Source: an uncultured Ruminococcus sp. (GTDB lineage: Bacteria > Bacillota > Clostridia > Oscillospirales > CAG-272). From it: a stretch of DNA of 64,000 bases. The position numbers and the translations under genes were made by a program. A model generated the notes under the pieces. The model had not been told where the DNA came from and searched no databases. It was given only the letters and a program-made list of their open reading frames with translations. Location: NCBI GenBank assembly GCA_964579135.1, contig CAZOFD010000004.1, positions 5,471 through 69,470 on the forward strand, written 5' to 3'. This document shows positions 28,097-37,012 of this stretch, one piece after another. Within the stretch, counting starts at the first letter, position 1, and each line of letters begins with the position of its first letter.

Positions 28097-29014
28097 ATGG
28101 ACAGCAACGAGATCAAACTTTTGCGCGAGATCGCCGATCTCGAGACCGTGCCGCAGGGGGCGTACAATCTGCGACGCAACGGAGAAAGCGGCGGTCGCGC
28201 CTCAACCGAGAATATAATCATAGAGCCGAAAGAAAAAGGGAACGGCATAATCATAAAGATAAAGGACGGAACGAAAAACGAATCCTGCCATATTCCCGTT
28301 ATAATGACGCAAAGCGGTCTGACCGACGTCGTATACAACGACTTTTATATCGGCGAGGATTGCGACGTGCTTATCGTCGCGGGCTGCGGCATACACAATT
28401 CCGGCTGCGAAACGAGCAGGCACGACGGCATCCACACCTTTTACGTTGGCAAAAACTCGCGCGTCAGATACGTCGAAAAGCATTACGGCTCGGGAGAGGG
28501 AACGGGCGACCGCGTGCTCGACCCGAAAACGACGGTATATCTCTCCGAGGGATCGTTTATGCAAATGGATATGACGCAGATACGCGGCGTCGACTCCACG
28601 GACAGAAAAACCGAGATATTCGTCGGAAAAAACGCCGAGGTCGTCGTTAACGAAAAACTTATGACGCACGGAGACCAGGTCGCCATCTCCAAGATGGACG
28701 TCGTTTTGCAGGAGAGCGGCGCGACGGGGCGCATAGTCTCGAGGTCCGTTGCGCGCGACCGCTCCGTACAAACGTTTTACCCGAATCTGACGGGAAAAGC
28801 CGCAAGTTTCGGTCACGTTGAATGCGATTCCATAATAATGGACGAAGCGAAGATCACCTCCGTGCCTGCGATAAGCGCCGAGCACACCGATGCAAGGCTC
28901 GTGCACGAGGCGGCTATCGGCAAGATAGCGGGCGATCAACTGCTCAAACTTATGACTCTCGGTCTTGACGAAAAGCAGGCGGAGGAGAAGATCCTCGAGG
29001 GATTTCTTAACTGA
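28097..29014 (+). CDS. SufB/SufD family Fe-S assembly scaffold protein (short, 305 aa)
   Basis: Beta-helix-like repetitive core and a conserved C-terminal block HEAAIGKIAGDQLLKLMTLGLDEKQAEEKILEGFL typical of SufB/D. Confidence 0.75.
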   Translation: MDSNEIKLLREIADLETVPQGAYNLRRNGESGGRASTENIIIEPKEKGNGIIIKIKDGTKNESCHIPVIMTQSGLTDVVYNDFYIGEDCDVLIVAGCGIHNSGCETSRHDGIHTFYVGKNSRVRYVEKHYGSGEGTGDRVLDPKTTVYLSEGSFMQMDMTQIRGVDSTDRKTEIFVGKNAEVVVNEKLMTHGDQVAISKMDVVLQESGATGRIVSRSVARDRSVQTFYPNLTGKAASFGHVECDSIIMDEAKITSVPAISAEHTDARLVHEAAIGKIAGDQLLKLMTLGLDEKQAEEKILEGFLN

Positions 29015-29111
29015 TTTTTTCGGTAAAATAACGATTTATTGCTTTATGATAACGGCAAATTCAAGGTTTTACACAAAAAGCACAAATGCTGTGAACTTTT
29101 TCAAAAATATG

Positions 29112-29140
29112 TTGACAAAGTTCACAAAATGAGCTATTAT
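29112..29140 (+). promoter_or_regulatory. hup promoter
   Basis: TTGACA (29112-29117), 17-nt spacer, TATTAT (29135-29140). AT-rich upstream region. Confidence 0.55.
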
Positions 29141-29176
29141 TTACTTGCAAAAAATATTTCGAAAGGAAATTTTAAA

Positions 29177-29452
29177 ATGAACAAGACAGAACTTATCACA
29201 TCGGTCGCAGAGGTCGCCGGTATCTCCAAAAAGGACGCTGCGGCAGCGGTCGCGGCAACGTTCGACGCTATTTCCGATGCAATGGCAAAGGGCGAATCCG
29301 TTCAGCTTATCGGTTTCGGTACTTTCGAGGTGCGCGAGCGCGGCGAAAGAATGGGCAAGAATCCCCGCACGGGCGAAGCCGTAAAGATCGAGGCTTCCAA
29401 GGCTCCCGCTTTCAAAGCAGGCAAGGCGCTTAAGGACAAGGTAAACGCGTAA
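29177..29452 (+). CDS. hup: DNA-binding protein HU
   Basis: [12 protein letters not shown]... and [22 protein letters not shown]. 91 aa. Confidence 0.93.
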   Translation: MNKTELITSVAEVAGISKKDAAAAVAATFDAISDAMAKGESVQLIGFGTFEVRERGERMGKNPRTGEAVKIEASKAPAFKAGKALKDKVNA

Positions 29453-29462
29453 AACGATAAAA

Positions 29463-29496
29463 AGCGACGGGCTCAAGATCGAGTGCCGTCGCTTTT
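29463..29496. terminator. Terminator hairpin shared by convergent hup and the DUF421 gene
   Basis: agcgacgg-15 nt loop-ccgtcgct followed by ttt. The loop contains the DUF421 stop codon. Confidence 0.6.
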
Positions 29497-30183
29497 GTAT
29501 ATCCGCACGTTGCCTTGCGCGTCGGCGAGCATAAGCGTGGTCGCATCGAGGTTCGGTGCTTTTTTTGCAAGCCATTTTTCGTCTTTTCCTATGGCGGCGA
29601 GTGAATTTTTGTTGACGGTGCCGTTGTCTACCACTATATGATATATTCCGCCCTCGTCGCACGCCGCCCCGACGTCCGAGGCGGTCGCGGGACGGCAACT
29701 CGCTTTCGGTATAACGGAAACGCTGCCGTCCTGTTCGAGGATCGCGGCACCGACCTCGTCGGGGTCGCACACGCCGGCGCGTCGCAGTGCGACCATAAGC
29801 TCGTCCGAGGATATCCGCGCTTTTTTCAGTTCGTCGAATTTCGGCTGCCCCATCTCGATAAGCACGCTCGGTCTGACCGAGAACAAGGTCTTGAGCTTCG
29901 GAAATCTGCATTGCATATATGCGGAAAGGATCTCTATCCCCGTGACGGCGGCGATAGGAATCAAGGCGATATACAGCGGTTCGCTCGGATTTTCTATCGG
30001 GAATGCGGCTATTTCGGATATTAAAAGGGTGCTGACGAGATCGGAAACGTCAAGTTGACCTATCTGTCTTTTCCCCATAATGCGCATAGCGCCGGTTAAA
30101 AGTGCGTATATTACGGCAGTTCGCCAAAAGACGGCTCCCATTTGCTCCTCCGACGTATAATCGTTTAGATTATCTTTCCGCAA
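29473..30183 (-). CDS. DUF421 (YetF-like) membrane protein
   Basis: N-terminal TM helices containing MRIMGKRQIGQLDVSDLV, plus a C-terminal soluble YetF-like domain. Confidence 0.75.
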   Translation of the reverse strand: MRKDNLNDYTSEEQMGAVFWRTAVIYALLTGAMRIMGKRQIGQLDVSDLVSTLLISEIAAFPIENPSEPLYIALIPIAAVTGIEILSAYMQCRFPKLKTLFSVRPSVLIEMGQPKFDELKKARISSDELMVALRRAGVCDPDEVGAAILEQDGSVSVIPKASCRPATASDVGAACDEGGIYHIVVDNGTVNKNSLAAIGKDEKWLAKKAPNLDATTLMLADAQGNVRIYKSDGTRS

Positions 30184-30185
30184 AG

Positions 30186-30246
30186 ATCGAAAAATATACG
30201 CAAGGCGCGTCTCTCGAGGTGTTTGAGAGACGCGCCTTGCGTTTTA
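30186..30246 (-). terminator. Strong terminator after asnA
   Basis: 17-bp perfect stem cgcaaggcgcgtctctc / gagagacgcgccttgcg with a 9-nt loop. On the minus strand it is followed by tatattttt. Confidence 0.7.
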
Positions 30247-30268
30247 TTATTTCGTTTTATCGCTCGGT

Positions 30269-31273
30269 TTACAGAAGCGTTATGCCGTGCTCCCTGCAGG
30301 CGAGTTTCGTTTCGTCGGTCCAGCAGGAACACTGGACCTCGCCGATATGAGCTTTGCGCAAAAAGAACATACACATACGCGATTGCCCTATGCCGCCGCC
30401 GACAGTGTACGGCAGCTCGCCGCGAAGCAGCGCCGAGTGAAAGGGCAACGACGCGCGCTCAGGACAGCCTGCGGCAGCGAGTTGGCGCAAAAGCGCCGCC
30501 TCGTCGACCCTTATGCCCATACTCGAAAGCTCGAGCGGCATATCCAAAACGGGGTAGTAAACTATTATGTCGCCGTTAAGCATCCAGTCGTCGTAGTCGG
30601 GGGCTCTGCCGTCGTGGCGTTTCCCCGAGGCGAGCGGAGCACCTATCCCGGATATAAAGACCGCGCCGTACTTTTTCGCCGCGGCTTTTTCGCGTTCTTT
30701 CGGCGAAAGGGTGGGGTAACGATCCTCAAGCTCTTGCGAGGAAACGAATGTTATCTCCTCGGGTAGCAGCTTGTCTATAAAATTATAGTCGTCGGCGATG
30801 TAGTTTTCCGTTTGCTTCAGTGCGTCGTATATGTATCTTACCGTTTTTTGCAGGTACGCTTCGTTTCTGTCCTCGCGAGCTATGACCTTTTCCCAATCCC
30901 ACTGATCTACGAATATGGAGTGGACGTTGTCGGTCGTCTCGTCGCGCCGAATTGCGTTCATGTCGGTATACAGCCCCTCGCCGACGGAGAACCCGTACTT
31001 TGCAAGCGCCGTTCTTTTCCATTTTGCAAGCGAATGTACGACGGAGTAACTTTTACCGTCCTCGCCGAGATCGAAAGAAACGGGGCGCTCCACACCGTTG
31101 AGGTCGTCGTTAAGTCCGCTGTCGGTGCCGACGAACAGCGGCGCGCTGACGCGGCGCAGATTGAGCTGATTGGCAAGATCGTTTTGGAAAAAATCTTTAA
31201 CTTTTTTTATTGCGATCTGGGTCTGCCGCACGGTAAGGTGCGAGCGATAGCCCTCGGGGATGAATATCGGCAT
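30269..31273 (-). CDS. asnA: Aspartate--ammonia ligase (asparagine synthetase A)
   Basis: 334 aa, class II aaRS-like AsnA. N-terminus [29 protein letters not shown], and SSMGIRVD near the C-terminus. Confidence 0.9.
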   Translation of the reverse strand: MPIFIPEGYRSHLTVRQTQIAIKKVKDFFQNDLANQLNLRRVSAPLFVGTDSGLNDDLNGVERPVSFDLGEDGKSYSVVHSLAKWKRTALAKYGFSVGEGLYTDMNAIRRDETTDNVHSIFVDQWDWEKVIAREDRNEAYLQKTVRYIYDALKQTENYIADDYNFIDKLLPEEITFVSSQELEDRYPTLSPKEREKAAAKKYGAVFISGIGAPLASGKRHDGRAPDYDDWMLNGDIIVYYPVLDMPLELSSMGIRVDEAALLRQLAAAGCPERASLPFHSALLRGELPYTVGGGIGQSRMCMFFLRKAHIGEVQCSCWTDETKLACREHGITLL

Positions 31274-31338
31274 TTTTTCTCCGTTTCGCCGCGTTTTGCG
31301 GTTCTTTCGAAATTATTTGTCCGAAAAAAGACGTAACA

Positions 31339-31367
31339 ATTATATCATTTGGCGCGTTTTGTGTCAA
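31339..31367 (-). promoter_or_regulatory. asnA promoter
   Basis: Minus strand: TTGACA (31367-31362), 17-nt spacer, TGaTATAAT (TATAAT 31344-31339). ~60-nt leader. Confidence 0.55.
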
Positions 31368-31523
31368 GTACCGCTTTGGCATCTCGCAAATGCGCAAAAT
31401 GCGCCGCCGCGCTTTGGAAAAACGTGCGTTGCGGAATGTTGCCGAACGGAGGCTTTTGCGGTGATTGCGGTTTTACGTCCGTTTTTGCCCGAAAAGATCG
31501 TTTGGCGCGATCGGTCGGCGCGT

Positions 31524-31934
31524 TTAGGATGATAACGCCTGCCCGTCCCCTATATTATTGTCGCAGTCGCGCGATTTCGACTTTCCCGACGTTATATCGA
31601 AACTTACGTTTGCGAGAAAATGCAAAAGATCGTTTGAAGCGTCGGACAAAAGCACGGAGACCCAGTGCGTTTTGTTCATATGGTACGCGGGGTAAACGCC
31701 GTCCGACGTACCGAAAGACGCGGATATTTCCGGCGGCAATTTTAAGTTGACGACGTCGACGCAGCCGTCGGCGGACGGGACGAACTTTCGGCGCGGTACC
31801 CTCATTACGAGCGCATACCACTTGCGATTTTCGGGATGTCGCAACACGGCGGAGTCGGAGTCGTCGCCGAAAGGATAGTCGGGGGTTACGTCGTGGCAGG
31901 TGCGGCAATATTCAAAAAATTCCGATTTTGTCAT
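31524..31934 (-). CDS. MmcQ/YjbR family DNA-binding protein
   Basis: MTKSEFFEYCRT...DYPFGDD...VLRH...KWYALVM pattern typical of YjbR. ATG 31934 has AAGGTG 6 nt upstream. Confidence 0.7.
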   Translation of the reverse strand: MTKSEFFEYCRTCHDVTPDYPFGDDSDSAVLRHPENRKWYALVMRVPRRKFVPSADGCVDVVNLKLPPEISASFGTSDGVYPAYHMNKTHWVSVLLSDASNDLLHFLANVSFDITSGKSKSRDCDNNIGDGQALSS

Positions 31935-32167
31935 TTCATACACCTTTTTGTCGTATTTCGATTTCATTATACAAAAAAGTAAGCGGAATTTCAACGAAAA
32001 TGCGAAATTTGCCGCAATTGTTTTCCGCGACGCGACGGTGCGATCTTAGGTCGCGGCGGCAAAGCGGGAAAACGCGAGGGCTAACGCTCAATGTGAATTC
32101 GGCAAGTGCACGTCGGCGAGCGCACCTGTCGTTTGTCGGCGCGAGCAAGCATAAACCCTCGGCGGTA

Positions 32168-32196
32168 TTGACTTTGCTTTTGCGTTGTGGTATAAT
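32168..32196 (+). promoter_or_regulatory. ruvC promoter
   Basis: TTGACT (32168-32173), 17-nt spacer, TGgTATAAT (TATAAT 32191-32196). Confidence 0.55.
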
Positions 32197-32249
32197 TTTA
32201 TATCAGTATACTCGGATAAGTGTTTGCTTTTATGGAGATTTTGCGATTT

Positions 32250-32753
32250 ATGATGATTTTGGGAATTGACCCGGGGCTTGCGACGATAGGCTGGGGAGTT
32301 ATCGAAACGGACGGCACAAGGCATCGCGCCGTTGATTACGGTGCGGTCGTCACTCCGCCCGGAATCCCCACGGAAAAGAGGCTTGTCGCGCTTTACGACG
32401 AGCTCGACGCGATAATGAAAAAATACAAGCCCGAAGCCGTTGCGATAGAGGAACTGTTTTTTAACACGAATATAACGACGGGCATAAGGGTGGCGGAAGC
32501 TCGCGGCGTGATACTTTTGTGCGCCGAGCGAAACGGAGCGGATATTGCGGAATATACGCCGCTTCAGGTAAAGCAGTCGGTCGTAGGCTACGGCCGGGCG
32601 GACAAAAAGCAGGTCATCTCTATGATAACGCTGATTTTGTCTCTCAAAAAGCCGCCGAAGCCCGACGATACGGCGGACGCTCTTGCGATAGCGGTCTGCC
32701 ATGCGCACGCGACGCCATCGCGTATTGCAAAATATTATAACGGACGGATCTGA
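32250..32753 (+). CDS. ruvC: Crossover junction endodeoxyribonuclease RuvC
   Basis: ILGIDPGLATIGWGVI, EELFF and DTADALAIA catalytic blocks. Confidence 0.9.
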   Translation: MMILGIDPGLATIGWGVIETDGTRHRAVDYGAVVTPPGIPTEKRLVALYDELDAIMKKYKPEAVAIEELFFNTNITTGIRVAEARGVILLCAERNGADIAEYTPLQVKQSVVGYGRADKKQVISMITLILSLKKPPKPDDTADALAIAVCHAHATPSRIAKYYNGRI

Positions 32754-32756
32754 AAA

Positions 32757-33629
32757 ATGTGGATAGCTGACAAATGGAACGATTATAAACTCTTGGACAC
32801 GCTGAATGGCGAGAGGCTTGAAAAATGGGGCTCCTACGTGCTCGTACGCCCCGACCCGCAAGTCGTGTGGCACGGGGAAAAGAAACGGCGCGAATGGCAC
32901 GCTGCCGACGGAGTGTACAGCCGCTCTTCCTCGGGCGGCGGCGCGTGGAGCGTAAACCGTCTGCCGCGCGAATGGAACGTGTCGTACGGGAAGCTGCGCT
33001 TCGTTTTGCGCCCGATGGGATTTAAGCATACGGGGCTTTTTCCCGAGCAAGCCGCTAACTGGGATTGGTTTTCCGAACTTATTTCGAACGCTGGGCGCGA
33101 GATACGCGTGCTTAATCTTTTCGCCTACACCGGAGGAGCCACCGTTGCGGCGGCGGCGGCGGGGGCGTCCGTTTGCCACGTTGACGCGGCAAAGGGTATG
33201 GTCGCGCAAGCGAAAGAGAACGCCGCGCTGTCCGGTCTGCGCGACGCGCACGTGCGATATATCGTCGACGACTGCAAAAAATTCGTGGAGCGCGAGTTGC
33301 GACGCGGGAACAGATACGAAGCGATAATAATGGATCCGCCATCGTACGGTCGGGGACCCGGGGGCGAGGTGTGGAAGATAGAGGAATCGATAGACGAGCT
33401 GATAACCCTTGCCTCGGGGCTCCTCTCTGACGACCCGCTGTTTTTTTTGGTGAACTCCTATACGACGGGGCTTTCGCCGCTTACGATGAAGTATATGATA
33501 GACAGGCGTATAACCGACAAGGTCGGCGGCAAGTGCGAGATCGGCGAGCTTGCGTTGCCCGTGGAGTCGACGGGCGGGCTTTTGCCTTGCGGCGCTTCGG
33601 CGAGATGGACCGCGCCGTCGGCAAGATAA
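32757..33629 (+). CDS. Class I SAM-dependent (rRNA) methyltransferase, COG1092/RlmI-like
   Basis: VLNLFAYTGGATVAAA (motif I) and IIMDPPSYGRG (motif IV, DPP). Confidence 0.75.
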   Translation: MWIADKWNDYKLLDTLNGERLEKWGSYVLVRPDPQVVWHGEKKRREWHAADGVYSRSSSGGGAWSVNRLPREWNVSYGKLRFVLRPMGFKHTGLFPEQAANWDWFSELISNAGREIRVLNLFAYTGGATVAAAAAGASVCHVDAAKGMVAQAKENAALSGLRDAHVRYIVDDCKKFVERELRRGNRYEAIIMDPPSYGRGPGGEVWKIEESIDELITLASGLLSDDPLFFLVNSYTTGLSPLTMKYMIDRRITDKVGGKCEIGELALPVESTGGLLPCGASARWTAPSAR

Positions 33630-33645
33630 CGTCGGGGAGATTTTG

Positions 33646-34560
33646 ATGGAAAAATTTATCGAAGCCGTCGGACTCGAATATAATTATTCTTCCGACGAAG
33701 CGCAGACGACCTTGGGCGATCGCGACGACGAAAAAGCCGCCGGTGCAAACGAAAACTATGCCGTGCGCAATATAACGATAGACGTTGCAAAAGGCGAGTA
33801 TATAGCGATAGTCGGACGAAACGGATCGGGGAAATCGACGTTCGCTAAGATGCTGAATCTTGTCCTCGAACCGAGCGGCGGCACGCTTGTCGTCGACGGT
33901 CAAAAAATCGACGGAGATATCGACGACTGCGCTCTTACCGAGCTGCGCCGCAGGATAGGGATGGTCTTTCAAAACCCGGACAACCAACTCGTTGCGACCG
34001 TCGTGGAGGAGGACGTCGCTTTCGGTCCCGAGAATCTCGGCGTGCCGTCGGCGGAGATACGCAAACGTGTGGACGAAGCGCTTGACGACGTCGGTATGCG
34101 CGAATACGCAAAGCACGAGCCGTCGCGCCTTTCCGGCGGGCAAAAGCAACGCGTTGCGATAGCGGGGATCCTCGCGATGAAACCGAGTTGCATAATATTC
34201 GACGAATCGACGGCAATGCTAGACCCCGTGGGCAGGCGAGAGGTCGTCGACGTTATGGAAAAACTCGTGCGCGAGGGAATAACGGTCATAAACATAACGC
34301 ACCATATGAACGAGGCGGCGCGCGCCTCGCGCGTGATAGTTATAAACGGCGGCGAGGTCATCTCCGACGGAGATCCGCACGACGTTTTTGCCGATGCGGC
34401 GCTTCTGCGCGACGCAGGGCTCGAACTTCCGCAGTGTTCCGCGCTCGTGGCGGAACTGAACGCGCGCGGTGCAAACGTAAAAATGGGAATAACGCCCGAG
34501 GAATGTGCGGCTAATATAGCCGTCGCACTCGGAAAGGTCAAAAATGATCAAAGCAAATAA
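33646..34560 (+). CDS. ecfA1: Energy-coupling factor transporter ATPase
   Basis: GRNGSGKST, LSGGQKQRVAIAG and IFDEST. First gene of ecfA-ecfA'-ecfT-truA. Confidence 0.88.
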   Translation: MEKFIEAVGLEYNYSSDEAQTTLGDRDDEKAAGANENYAVRNITIDVAKGEYIAIVGRNGSGKSTFAKMLNLVLEPSGGTLVVDGQKIDGDIDDCALTELRRRIGMVFQNPDNQLVATVVEEDVAFGPENLGVPSAEIRKRVDEALDDVGMREYAKHEPSRLSGGQKQRVAIAGILAMKPSCIIFDESTAMLDPVGRREVVDVMEKLVREGITVINITHHMNEAARASRVIVINGGEVISDGDPHDVFADAALLRDAGLELPQCSALVAELNARGANVKMGITPEECAANIAVALGKVKNDQSK

Positions 34561-35422
34561 GATAGAACTGAAAAACGTATCTTTCGTATACGGAAAGAAG
34601 ACTCCGTTTGAGATCGACGCGCTTAAAAACGTCAGTATGTCCGTGTCTTGCGGCGAGACCGTTGGGATCATCGGGCACACGGGCTCCGGCAAGTCGACGC
34701 TCGTGCGCCTGCTTAACGGGCTCGAGAGGCCCTCCGCGGGGCAAGTGCTTCTTGACGGCGAGGATATTTGGGCAAAACCCAAGGAGATAGGCAAGATCCG
34801 CTTTCGCGTGGGGCTTGTGATGCAGTATCCCGAATATCAGCTATTCGAGGAGACGGTCGCGGCGGATATCGCCTACGGCCCGAAGAATATGGGGCTGGAC
34901 GAAGACGAGGTGCGGCGTCGCGTTGCCGAATATTCCGCATTGGTCGGGCTCGGCGAGGAGGAACTCGCGAGGTCTCCGTTCGAGCTGTCGGGCGGACAAA
35001 AGCGACGCGCGGCAATCGCGGGCGTGATGGCAATGCGCCCGGAGGTGCTCGTACTCGACGAGCCTGCGGCGGGGCTCGACCCGATCGGAAGAAAAACGAT
35101 ATTCGACGCGATAGAAAATTACAAAAAGTCCGAGGGCGCGACGGTTTTGATAGTTTCGCACAGTATGGAGGATATGGCTCTTCTTTGCGACAGCGTCGTC
35201 GTTATGTCCGGCGGAAGCGCGGTGCTTTGCGGCACGGCTGACGAGGTCTTTTCCGCACCGGACGCATTGCGCGCGGTCGGGCTCGACGTTCCCGAGGTCA
35301 CGCTGACGACGGATCTTCTTGCCGCTCTCGGATATCCGACGGGCAAAACTCTTTATAAGGTCTCCGACGCAGTCGACGCCGTTTACGATCTGTTTTGCAA
35401 GGCAGAGGAGGATGCAAGATGA
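34544..35422 (+). CDS. ecfA2: Energy-coupling factor transporter ATPase
   Basis: GHTGSGKST, LSGGQKRRAAIAG and VLDEPAAGLD. Confidence 0.88.
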   Translation: MIKANKIELKNVSFVYGKKTPFEIDALKNVSMSVSCGETVGIIGHTGSGKSTLVRLLNGLERPSAGQVLLDGEDIWAKPKEIGKIRFRVGLVMQYPEYQLFEETVAADIAYGPKNMGLDEDEVRRRVAEYSALVGLGEEELARSPFELSGGQKRRAAIAGVMAMRPEVLVLDEPAAGLDPIGRKTIFDAIENYKKSEGATVLIVSHSMEDMALLCDSVVVMSGGSAVLCGTADEVFSAPDALRAVGLDVPEVTLTTDLLAALGYPTGKTLYKVSDAVDAVYDLFCKAEEDAR

Positions 35423-36246
35423 AAAACGTGTCGATAGGGCAATATTATCCCTCGGATTCGCGTGTGCACAGGCTCGACGGCAGGGTCAAACTTTTGCTTG
35501 CCGTGGCTTTTGCCGTTTGCACCTTTCTTTGCAAAACGGCGGCGTCGTTTGCTTTTCTGGCATTTGCCACCCTTGCGCTTATTGCCGTTTGTCGTATTCC
35601 GTTCGGTATCGTAATGCGTTCCGTACGCACCGTCGCTTTCATTATAGCGTTTACTTTTTTTCTCAATATGTTTTTTACGTCCGGAGCGGGCGAGCCGATA
35701 TTTTCTTTTTGGATATTCAAACTTTATCCCGAGGGGATAATCAAGGCGCTGCTTATGTCCGTGCGTATCTTGTCGCTTATATTGGGCACGTCGCTCTTCG
35801 TTTCGTACACGACGACGCCGATAGAATTGACGGATGCTCTCGAGGATCTTTTGAAGCCGCTTAAGGTGCTGCATTTTCCCGTGCACGAGTTCGCTATGAT
35901 GATGTCCATTGCGCTGCGGTTTATTCCGACGCTCTCCGATGAGATAGACAGGATAATGACGGCGCAAAGGGCGCGGGGCGCGGATTTTTCGACGGGCTCT
36001 ATCGTAAAGCGCATAAAGGCCCTCGTCCCCGTTATAATCCCGCTCTTCGTATCCTCGTTCAGGCGTGCCGACGAACTGGCAACGGCTATGGAATGTCGCT
36101 GTTATCGCGGCGGAGAGGGGCGTACGAGGCTCAACGTGCCCCGTTTCGGCGCGGCGGATCTTGTCGCCGCATTCGTTGCCGCGGTTTTTTGCGTTTCGCT
36201 CGTGCTGCTTAATCGCGTGCTCGTTTTGCCCGCGTATTCGATATGA
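35419..36246 (+). CDS. ecfT: Energy-coupling factor transporter transmembrane protein EcfT
   Basis: Polytopic CbiQ-family protein. ATGA overlap with ecfA2. Conserved ARG motifs (QRARGAD). Confidence 0.85.
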   Translation: MKNVSIGQYYPSDSRVHRLDGRVKLLLAVAFAVCTFLCKTAASFAFLAFATLALIAVCRIPFGIVMRSVRTVAFIIAFTFFLNMFFTSGAGEPIFSFWIFKLYPEGIIKALLMSVRILSLILGTSLFVSYTTTPIELTDALEDLLKPLKVLHFPVHEFAMMMSIALRFIPTLSDEIDRIMTAQRARGADFSTGSIVKRIKALVPVIIPLFVSSFRRADELATAMECRCYRGGEGRTRLNVPRFGAADLVAAFVAAVFCVSLVLLNRVLVLPAYSI

Positions 36247-37001
36247 AACTCTTTTTAAAGATAAAATACGACGGCTCGCGTTACGGCGGATATCAGGTGC
36301 AAAAGAATGCCGTTACGGTGCAGCAAAAGCTGAACGAAGCGACGCAAGATCTTTTCGGCTTCGATTGCGATATCGTCGGCTGTTCAAGGACCGATGCCGG
36401 CGTTCATGCCGAATGTTTTTGCCTGACCGTCGCGAAAAAGGGCGAGGACTCTCTTGTGTCGTCGTTGCCGTGCGAAAAAGTTCCGCGCGCGCTTAACGTG
36501 CGTTTGCCGAGCGATATCGCGGTATACGAGGCGAGGTGGGTAGGCGACGACTTTCACGCACGCTACGGGGTTCGCGAGAAGACGTACGTGTATAGGATCC
36601 TTAATTCTCCCGAGCGAGACCCGTTTTACGAAAAGCGGGCGTGGCACTGCCCGCGACCCATTTCGGAATCGGACGTTCGCGCTATGCGAGCGGCGGCGGT
36701 GGATATCGTCGGCAAACACGATTTTTCGGCGTTTATGGCGTCGGGGTCGTCGGTCAAGAGTACGGTTCGCACCGTAACTCGGGTTGACGTTTTGCGTCGC
36801 GGAGATCTTATCGAGATTTACGTCGGTGCGGACGGATTTTTATATAATATGGTCCGCATAATAGCGGGGACGCTTCTCGACGTTGCGCGAGGGCGTATCC
36901 CCGAGGGGGCGATAGCGGAAATAATAGACTCGCGCGACAGGTCGCGCGCAGGTGTGACCGCTCCCGCCGAGGGACTTTATTTGTGGGACGTTAAATATTA
37001 A
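36243..37001 (+). CDS. truA: tRNA pseudouridine(38-40) synthase
   Basis: GCSRTDAGVHA catalytic Asp motif. ATGA overlap with ecfT. Confidence 0.9.
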   Translation: MKLFLKIKYDGSRYGGYQVQKNAVTVQQKLNEATQDLFGFDCDIVGCSRTDAGVHAECFCLTVAKKGEDSLVSSLPCEKVPRALNVRLPSDIAVYEARWVGDDFHARYGVREKTYVYRILNSPERDPFYEKRAWHCPRPISESDVRAMRAAAVDIVGKHDFSAFMASGSSVKSTVRTVTRVDVLRRGDLIEIYVGADGFLYNMVRIIAGTLLDVARGRIPEGAIAEIIDSRDRSRAGVTAPAEGLYLWDVKY

Positions 37002-37012
37002 CGGAGGCGAAA

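Noticed and set aside
31274-31523. Possible Asn T-box leader upstream of asnA.
   Set aside because: The promoter at 31339-31367 leaves only a ~60-nt leader. That is too short for a T-box, and no T-box consensus (AGAGA..GGTGGTACCGCG-like) is present.
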